From contig WELA01001485.1 of the NCBI GenBank assembly GCA_009602735.1, positions 62,001-126,000 on the forward strand: 64,000 nt of DNA, read 5' to 3'. The stretch is from Mesotaenium endlicherianum. Lineage: Eukaryota. This document shows positions 57,479 through 64,000 of the stretch, one piece after another. The notes below the pieces were generated by a model. The model ran no database searches and was not told the DNA's origin. It worked only from the letters and a program-made list of their open reading frames with translations. The number at the start of each line of letters is the position of its first letter. Within the stretch, counting starts at the first letter, position 1. The position numbers and the translations under genes were made by a program.

Positions 57479-59626
57479 TCAGGGCTGCCACAAACGCACA
57501 TAAGCGCCGTTCTGTTGTATCAACTGATCGTGCGTTCCTGTTTCCAGTAATTTCCCTTTATGCAAAACGTGAATGCAATCGCAATTCCTGATCGTTGCCA
57601 GGCGATGTGCAATCACGATCACCGTCTTGCCCCTGCTCCTGAACCATTGTAACGCTTCTTGCACTTTCTGTTCACTTTGGCTATCCAATGAGGCTGTTGC
57701 TTCATCCAGCACCAGTATCTCCGGGTCGCGATACAAAGCACGGGCAATGGACAATCGCTGTTTTTGTCCGCCCGATAAATTATTTCCCTGTTCCTGCACC
57801 TGGCTATTGTACCCGGCCGGCAACTGCTCGATGAAAGCATCCAGTCCCAGCAGCCGGGAAAGAAACAAGATTTTCCGGTTATCCGGATGCTCATCCCCAA
57901 TACCTATATTCTCTGCAATAGTACCTGCAAACAGGTCTGTTTCCTGTGGTACCGGCGCTATTAGTTTCCGCAGGCTCTCTCGGCTGACCAGGGTAATATC
58001 GATCCCACCAATGTATATTTTGCCCTTTGATAAAGGATACAATTGTTGCAATAAAGCAAGGAGGGTAGATTTTCCACTACCGCTCTCTCCTACGATCGCC
58101 GTACAGCTTCCTTTACGTATACAGAGGTTAAGGCCTTCAAAGACCTGTTCCCTGGTTCCATACCTGAAATGCACATCCTGGAAAACAATATCCCCCATAT
58201 GAACTGGTTCCAGTAGTATTTTCCCGGCCTTCGTTCCCTCTTCCGTTTCTAGATCGATGATCTCGAATAACCGGTCTGCCGCAATGAGCGCTTCGCGGAT
58301 ATCTTTGTTCGATCCGATCAGTGCTGCTGCAGGTGTAGTAAAGTATTCCGCGAGGGCATAAAAAGAAACCAGTTCACCAGGCGTTAGTTCTTTTCTGATC
58401 ACAAAATATCCGCCGGTCCATAAAATAATGATCCCCAACAGCCGCGTAAATAAAGCGGAAGCCGTTCCGCTGTATAAACCCTTTTTACTACTGAAATAAA
58501 CAGACCTGAGTAGTGCAATGAACCGGTGCTCGGTTTTAACACCAGCCTGGTATTCCAGTCCAAACTGTTTAATCGTTGCTGCTGCATTCAGGCTTTCTAC
58601 CAGCTGGCTTTCCAGCGATGCCGCATTTTCCATTAGTCTGCGTTGCCATACACGATTGATGTTGTCTGTGATTTTGTATAGCAACAGGTAGCAGGGTAAA
58701 ACAGCCAGCACAATAACCGCCAGTTTCCAGTAATAGAAGAACATCACCATGAAAGAGAACAATAACATGCTCAGGTTCACGATCGTGTTAAGCGCAACTT
58801 CATTTACGAAATGACGGATCTTCACCGCATCATTTACCCTGCTGATGATTTCTCCTACCCGCATCGTATCAAAGAACCGCTGTGGCAACCGCAACAGATG
58901 CTTATAATAACCGAGCAGTAATTGTACATCTATATGCTGTCCTACTTGCAATCCCAGCAAAGCCTTGAACATTCCTATGAATAACTGGAACAACAATAAA
59001 CCCACCATCAGTATGCTCATCAGGTTGAGCAGTTTGATATTGTCTTCTACCAGTACCACATCGATGACCTTCTGCATGTACACAGAAGTAGATAAACTCA
59101 ACAAGGTAACCACAAGCGCCCCGGTAAGTGCCAGCAGCATCGAATACCGGTGCGGGGCAACCAGTTGCCAGAACCTGGCTACAGGTGTTGTCACAGCCTG
59201 CCGTGGACGGAACGCCACCGCAGGCGCCAGTAGTACCAACACGCCTGTCCACTCTTTGGCAAAGGCAGTGTGACTGTATCGATGTATCCGCCCATCAGCA
59301 GGGTCCATAATATTAATACAACGTTTCTTCATGCTGCAGATCACCACATAATGTTGCAAACCATTTTTCAGCACCATATGTGCAATAGCAGGCAAGGGAA
59401 TACGAGGAAGGCTCTCGATGCCCGCTTTGCCGGCTTTGGCATCCATTCCCATTTGGCCGGCAGCTTCGAGCAGCCCGCCAACAGAAGTACCATTTTTATC
59501 TGTACCTGCATATTGCCGGATGCGGCTGACCGGCCATTGCAGTCCATGATAAGCAGCTATGGAAGCCAGGCAAGCAGCACCACAGTCGGTGATATCCCTT
59601 TGCCTGATACGCATTGCTCTTCTCAT
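57479..59626 (-). CDS. Peptidase C39-containing ABC transporter (double-glycine peptide exporter)
   Basis: QRDITDCGAACL (catalytic Cys), QHYVV, MDPA, TM domain, GESGSGKST, LSGGQKQR, LDEATASLD, IAHRL. Confidence 0.95.
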   Translation of the reverse strand: MRRAMRIRQRDITDCGAACLASIAAYHGLQWPVSRIRQYAGTDKNGTSVGGLLEAAGQMGMDAKAGKAGIESLPRIPLPAIAHMVLKNGLQHYVVICSMKKRCINIMDPADGRIHRYSHTAFAKEWTGVLVLLAPAVAFRPRQAVTTPVARFWQLVAPHRYSMLLALTGALVVTLLSLSTSVYMQKVIDVVLVEDNIKLLNLMSILMVGLLLFQLFIGMFKALLGLQVGQHIDVQLLLGYYKHLLRLPQRFFDTMRVGEIISRVNDAVKIRHFVNEVALNTIVNLSMLLFSFMVMFFYYWKLAVIVLAVLPCYLLLYKITDNINRVWQRRLMENAASLESQLVESLNAAATIKQFGLEYQAGVKTEHRFIALLRSVYFSSKKGLYSGTASALFTRLLGIIILWTGGYFVIRKELTPGELVSFYALAEYFTTPAAALIGSNKDIREALIAADRLFEIIDLETEEGTKAGKILLEPVHMGDIVFQDVHFRYGTREQVFEGLNLCIRKGSCTAIVGESGSGKSTLLALLQQLYPLSKGKIYIGGIDITLVSRESLRKLIAPVPQETDLFAGTIAENIGIGDEHPDNRKILFLSRLLGLDAFIEQLPAGYNSQVQEQGNNLSGGQKQRLSIARALYRDPEILVLDEATASLDSQSEQKVQEALQWFRSRGKTVIVIAHRLATIRNCDCIHVLHKGKLLETGTHDQLIQQNGAYVRLWQP

Positions 59627-60777
59627 ACCGAAGGGTTTAACCAGTCATCCAAATGATCCAGCAGCAGTTGCCACAAGCTCCTTTTCGTTACTTTGAATCG
59701 TGCCTGGAATCCAAGTCCCTTCTTCAAAGCCGCTTCATATCCTTTTTTTAAGCCCAAACGGGTGGTCTGAAAAGAACAGCGTACCCGGAATACCGGCCTG
59801 CCGTTAACCAGGCTGAAATCGTCATCGATAGCTATCACTTTACCTCTTACAGTACCGAAATACCGTTGTTCAAAAGCATCAAAGCTGCAGATCACGTTCA
59901 TTGAGTCCTTGATCAATCCTATATCTTTCGACGGCACATAACATTCACCCATCAGGGTATCGGTTGGAGAAACCAGGCATACTGTTTCACCCGCAGTTGT
60001 AAAAGTTCCGGCATGCCACTGACTGATGCCCTGCACAAAGCCTTTTACAGGCGAATGTACCAGCAGCAAAGCTTCATAAGCCGCGAGTTGTACTGCTTGT
60101 TCTTCGTATTGTGCCAGTTCCATCCTGTTCCGCTCGAGCGCTTCCTGCCAATATCCTAATTGTTCATTCCTGGCCAACCGGTACGCTGCTTCTTTTTCTT
60201 TCAGTTGAAGCTGTATTTCATAAAAAACATTTGGCGCCGTGATGCGTTCTTTCACCAGTGTACTATGGCTTTGCAACTCATGCGCGGCCTGGTTAACAGC
60301 CAGTTCGTGAATAACCAGTCGGTTCCTGAACCGGTTGTATTGCTCCCGGTACAACGGTAAATACAATTGCTGTTGAAGACAAGCCGAATCAACTTCCAGT
60401 GCCGTCAGTAATAACAGGTCTTGTATATGTTGTTGCCGTTTATGCATTTCAAATTGGTTCCGAATTTTTTTAGACTGAATCGCTGAATCTTTCAGGCGCA
60501 TCAGTACAGTTCCTTTTTCAACCAGATCACCTTCCCGGCACCTGATCTCGGCAATGATGCCCGTAGCGGGTATCTTCACTTCCGCTCGCGCTGTTGCCGG
60601 CCGGACCATTCCTTGTGCTTTAACCGTAATGTCTACCTTAACCAGCGGAAGTACAGCAATCGTTACCACAAATAGGACTAAGAAGAGGACGTACAATCCC
60701 CTGTACCGGGGTCGTACATGATTAAGCCATAGTGCCGCATCATAACCCTGGCATGATATATCATGGATTGGTTGCAC
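59623..60777 (-). CDS. HlyD family secretion adaptor
   Basis: N-terminal TM, QGMVRP, EGDLVEKG, helical hairpin, SPVKG, KDIGLIK. GTG start coupled to the CPBP stop. Confidence 0.9.
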   Translation of the reverse strand: MQPIHDISCQGYDAALWLNHVRPRYRGLYVLFLVLFVVTIAVLPLVKVDITVKAQGMVRPATARAEVKIPATGIIAEIRCREGDLVEKGTVLMRLKDSAIQSKKIRNQFEMHKRQQHIQDLLLLTALEVDSACLQQQLYLPLYREQYNRFRNRLVIHELAVNQAAHELQSHSTLVKERITAPNVFYEIQLQLKEKEAAYRLARNEQLGYWQEALERNRMELAQYEEQAVQLAAYEALLLVHSPVKGFVQGISQWHAGTFTTAGETVCLVSPTDTLMGECYVPSKDIGLIKDSMNVICSFDAFEQRYFGTVRGKVIAIDDDFSLVNGRPVFRVRCSFQTTRLGLKKGYEAALKKGLGFQARFKVTKRSLWQLLLDHLDDWLNPSV

Positions 60778-61289
60778 TAAAAAACGTGTTCAATACAAAA
60801 CCCTGTAAGGTTGTGTAATGCATGTGTCAGTGTGATGTAAACAAATGGATCCTTTCCCCGGAGCGCTAAAACGACATAAATGATGCCGTATACAATCCCA
60901 GACAGGAAAGTCAATATCATATAAGGAACAGAATACGTATGCGAGGCACCGAAAATGATGGCACTGGCCAATACTGCTATCCAATAAATACCTGTCCATT
61001 TATGGACGTTTTTGATTACGAGGTATTGTATCAAATAGGTTTCCAGCAACGGGGCAAATATCACCCCTATCCAAAATGCTTCTTTAACGGTGAAATTCAG
61101 TATGGCAGAAGCTGACTGCTGTTCGGGGAAGAGCAAATACCCAAACAAAAAATTCAATCCAATTGTCACAACGTATCCGCCTGCCACCAATTGCCAGGCC
61201 GATCTTTTCATCATCCATACCTGCATACCAGTCCAAGAAGCTTTCGGTTTATTTAATAACATAGGCTTTAAATTTTGTTCATCAAACAT
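60777..61289 (-). CDS. CPBP (Abi/CAAX) intramembrane protease-like protein, candidate immunity protein
   Basis: FAPLLETYLIQ, IIFGASH, HALHN, multiple TMs. Confidence 0.8.
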   Translation of the reverse strand: MFDEQNLKPMLLNKPKASWTGMQVWMMKRSAWQLVAGGYVVTIGLNFLFGYLLFPEQQSASAILNFTVKEAFWIGVIFAPLLETYLIQYLVIKNVHKWTGIYWIAVLASAIIFGASHTYSVPYMILTFLSGIVYGIIYVVLALRGKDPFVYITLTHALHNLTGFCIEHVF

Positions 61290-61336
61290 ACGCCTCTACA
61301 CATTACGCACCTGCTTTCCTGATAAATCATAGTAAA

Positions 61337-61358
61337 GAGTGGCCTGTTTCAGCCACTC
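61337..61358 (-). terminator. Stem-loop after the precursor genes (weak terminator or processing site)
   Basis: GAGTGGC-N8-GCCACTC, 13 bp past the precursor stop, with only a short U-tract. Confidence 0.5.
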
Positions 61359-61371
61359 CGGGTTTTCATTT

Positions 61372-61569
61372 TCATTTTTTCAAACTTGGCGGCAATGAAG
61401 CCTGGAACTCACTGGCAGTTCTTGCAAATTCCCAGATACACCTTGCAGTTGCTCCTGCAGCATAAGCCAGATCACCCCAGAAACTACCACCATTCACCGT
61501 TTTCAATTCATCCCTATCCAACTCACTGAATCCCTCCAGTGCATGGATGTTCAATTGGTTCTGTTTCAT
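61372..61569 (-). CDS. Double-glycine leader peptide precursor A (class II bacteriocin-like)
   Basis: 28-aa leader ending FSELDRDELKTVNGG, then a 37-aa core SFWGDLAYAAGATARCIWEFARTASEFQASLPPSLKK. Confidence 0.88.
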   Translation of the reverse strand: MKQNQLNIHALEGFSELDRDELKTVNGGSFWGDLAYAAGATARCIWEFARTASEFQASLPPSLKK

Positions 61570-61580
61570 AAAATCAGGTT

Positions 61581-61754
61581 TTACTGTTTGTTAGGAAAAT
61601 TCCATCCGTCCGAAAGCCCTTTCTTGATCTCGTCCCAATGGCTGATCACCTGTTGTCCCAGCCAGACCCATGGAAAAGAGCCTCCGTTTGTTTCCATGAG
61701 TTCCTCATCCGATAAAGGACGCAATCCTTCTACATTCCAATCATTCTTCTTCAT
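61581..61754 (-). CDS. Double-glycine leader peptide precursor B (57 aa, not in the ORF track)
   Basis: Manual translation: MKKNDWNVEGLRPLSDEELMETNGG|SFPWVWLGQQVISHWDEIKKGLSDGWNFPNKQ*. Confidence 0.88.
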   Translation of the reverse strand: MKKNDWNVEGLRPLSDEELMETNGGSFPWVWLGQQVISHWDEIKKGLSDGWNFPNKQ

Positions 61755-61834
61755 CGCATTTGTTTTGACTTAATGTCTCGTCTTGGGAACCTGCGCAGGA
61801 ACCGGGCATACAGACAATCCTCCCATTCATTGGC

Positions 61835-62107
61835 CTATGAATCTTTATCTATTTCAAAACACTTCTCAGCTTCTTTTTCAAGAAACTTCACGCAAAAACT
61901 TCCCTCGCATGCATAATAATACGACTTACGCGCCCGCTCGTAACGGATAGGCGCCCCGAGTTCCTTCATAAATGCCAGGTACTCGAAAAGTGTGGTTTCC
62001 GATACCCCTATCCGCTCTGCAAAGAGCGACGGATTCCCCGTTGCTTTCAGCCTGATCATGAAATCAATCCGGTTCAACTTATGAATGAACATGCGTCCCA
62101 ATCCCAT
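61835..62107 (-). CDS. Small HTH DNA-binding protein
   Basis: RIDFMIRLKATGNPSLFAERIGVSETTLFEYLAFMKELGAPIRYERARKSYYY looks like a winged HTH. Start uncertain (62107 or 62194). Confidence 0.78.
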   Translation of the reverse strand: MGLGRMFIHKLNRIDFMIRLKATGNPSLFAERIGVSETTLFEYLAFMKELGAPIRYERARKSYYYACEGSFCVKFLEKEAEKCFEIDKDS

Positions 62108-62214
62108 AACAACTTTTTTTCTACAATCGAAATTAAGCCGGACTGGCACCGGTACGATCAGGTATAAGTACCCGTTTTTTGAATAGGACAGCATGAATTC
62201 AGTTAACTTAGCTC

Positions 62215-64000
62215 ATGCGCTTTGCTATCATCATCCTTGGTTCATGCCTTATGCTGGCAAGCCCATCGAAAGCCCAGGCGCCACCCATCGGGCAGTGGCG
62301 CGAACACCTCAATTACCGGCCGGCCATACAGATCATCAAAGCCAACCATATCTATTGCGCTACCGCCACCAACCTGTTTGCCGTTGATGCACAGGATGAA
62401 ATGCAACGCTTCAGTAAAATGACCGGCCTCCATGATATAGGTATCAGTTGTATCGGTTGGGATGATCTCAGCTCCCAACTTGTTATTGCGTATAACAACA
62501 GCAATATCGATGTACTCAAAAAGCAATCCATTACCAATATCGGCGATATCAAACGAAGCAGTATTGCAGGCAACAAATCCATCCATCATATTTTTTGCAG
62601 GAATGGGCTCGCATACCTTTCCTGCGGACTCGGGATCATCGTAGTCAATCTGATCAAATACGAAATCAAAGACACCTGGTTCATTGGCGCCAATGGAGGG
62701 CCAGTGAATGTACACAGCATGGCTGCCGACGCTGATTTCTTTTATGCCGCTACAGATGAAGGATTGAAAAAAGCATCCCGCCTCACCGATCTCTCCGACT
62801 ACCGCAACTGGACCACACCCAGTGGCTTACCCGCCGGTAATATCAGCGCTGTAACAGTTGCAGCCAACCAAGTAATCGCTCAAAAAAACGATTCTCTTTT
62901 CATTGCATCGGGCAATAACTGGAACCTCTTATATACAGATACTGCATGGTCTTTGAATAACATCACTGCATCGGGAAATAAAATCCTGGTCTGCCAGCAA
63001 AACAATACCGGTACAGCTCGTGTATTGCAATTGGCAACCAATGGCATCATAGAAAAAACCATTACCAATCCGGCACTGCTCTCCCATCCGTTATCAGCCA
63101 TTATCGATGCCGATAAAATATGGGTGGCCGACAGCCTCAATGGTCTTTCAAGGTTCACCGCAACAGGCGCTGACCGTTTCATTCCGAATGGGCCACCCGG
63201 TACAGTAACCGGTGAAATGATGAGTGATGGAAAACAACTTTTTGCAGCAGCCGGCAGTATCAACAACAGTTGGCAGCCGCAATACAACCGGAATGGAATA
63301 TTCCAATTGACGAACAATGAATGGAATTTTTACCGGTATGATAATACGCCGGCACTCAGCAATGCTTATGATTTCATTACGGTAGCCATCGACCCTATTG
63401 ATCAAACGCTTTGGGCCGGCAGTTTTGGAAGTGGCTTAGCACATTTCAAAAACAATAACGTTTCAATCTATCAAGCCAATAACAGCGCATTGCAGGCTGC
63501 TGTGAACAATCCGGGCAGTTACCAGGTAGGCGGACTGGCATTCGACCAAAACAACCATCTCTGGATAAGCAACTACGGTGCTGCGAAAGAGCTGGTGGTA
63601 AGGAAAGCCGACAGTTCATGGAAAGCATTTACCATACCGTTTCCACATACAGAAAATGCAGTGGGACAGGTATTGATCGATGATGCCGACCAGGTATGGA
63701 TCATCAGTCCAAAAGGCAACGGCATCTTCTGTTACAACCATGGCGCTTCCATTGACAACACCAATGATGATCAATGGAAGTTTTACCAACAGGGAAATGG
63801 CAAAGGAAATTTGCCCAGCAACAATGTATTGTGTATGGCAAAAGACAAGAACGGTTTTATCTGGATAGGCACCGATAAAGGCATTGGTATTGTTCAGTGT
63901 GCCGGCAATGTGTTTAGTCCGCAAGGATGCGATGCCCTGCTGCCCGTAGTACAGCAGGATCGTTTTGCAGGGTTATTGTTCCGCGATGAGATGGTGCAAT
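62215..64000 (+). CDS. porZ: T9SS component PorZ-like beta-propeller protein (3'-truncated; not in the ORF track)
   Basis: MRFAIIILGSCLMLASPSKAQAPPIGQWREHLNY, then GNKSIHHI, LGIIVVNLIKYEIKDTW and DKNGFIWIGT repeats. The frame appears open to the window end. Confidence 0.85.
   Translation, partial: MRFAIIILGSCLMLASPSKAQAPPIGQWREHLNYRPAIQIIKANHIYCATATNLFAVDAQDEMQRFSKMTGLHDIGISCIGWDDLSSQLVIAYNNSNIDVLKKQSITNIGDIKRSSIAGNKSIHHIFCRNGLAYLSCGLGIIVVNLIKYEIKDTWFIGANGGPVNVHSMAADADFFYAATDEGLKKASRLTDLSDYRNWTTPSGLPAGNISAVTVAANQVIAQKNDSLFIASGNNWNLLYTDTAWSLNNITASGNKILVCQQNNTGTARVLQLATNGIIEKTITNPALLSHPLSAIIDADKIWVADSLNGLSRFTATGADRFIPNGPPGTVTGEMMSDGKQLFAAAGSINNSWQPQYNRNGIFQLTNNEWNFYRYDNTPALSNAYDFITVAIDPIDQTLWAGSFGSGLAHFKNNNVSIYQANNSALQAAVNNPGSYQVGGLAFDQNNHLWISNYGAAKELVVRKADSSWKAFTIPFPHTENAVGQVLIDDADQVWIISPKGNGIFCYNHGASIDNTNDDQWKFYQQGNGKGNLPSNNVLCMAKDKNGFIWIGTDKGIGIVQCAGNVFSPQGCDALLPVVQQDRFAGLLFRDEMVQ

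Noticed and set aside
61372..61754. Precursors as lanthipeptide or other modified RiPP substrates
   Set aside because: There is only one Cys across both cores and no modifying enzyme in the locus.
1..64000. tRNA, rRNA, integrase, IS or prophage genes
   Set aside because: None recognised in the intergenic gaps or ORFs. A covariance-model search would be needed to exclude small ncRNAs.

Overview
Bacteroidota DNA, most likely Chitinophagaceae, judged from the T9SS genes, SusC/SusD pair, TAnnTTTG promoters and gene content. 1-19 kb is mostly housekeeping: partial ppc, an AlkA-like glycosylase, mnmD, an M23 peptidase, alaS, a PDZ protein, gatB, a TlpA, an orphan SusC/SusD pair and an MMPL transporter. 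19-42 kb is a type IX secretion cargo region. A 5157-aa repeat adhesin with its PorP/SprF partner converges on a second type-B cargo/PorP/OmpA-PD40 operon. 42-54.6 kb holds rpoN, a kdnA-like aminotransferase, DsbA, DinB, a GH3/serine-hydrolase fusion and a lipoprotein/ABC module. The most interesting part is the accessory block at 54.6-62.2 kb, which has two halves. (i) A four-gene cassette encodes a small lipoprotein ending in NHGSIWP, a stand-alone ~7-TM protein, a sensor-less histidine kinase and a LuxR-type regulator; this may be a ligand/split-receptor signalling system. (ii) A converging peptide-export locus encodes a small HTH protein, two double-glycine precursors (one, 57 aa, is missing from the ORF track), a CPBP protein, HlyD and a C39 peptidase ABC exporter, with no modifying enzymes. 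The window ends inside porZ, which is also missing from the ORF track. All calls come from reading motifs by eye; no database searches were run.
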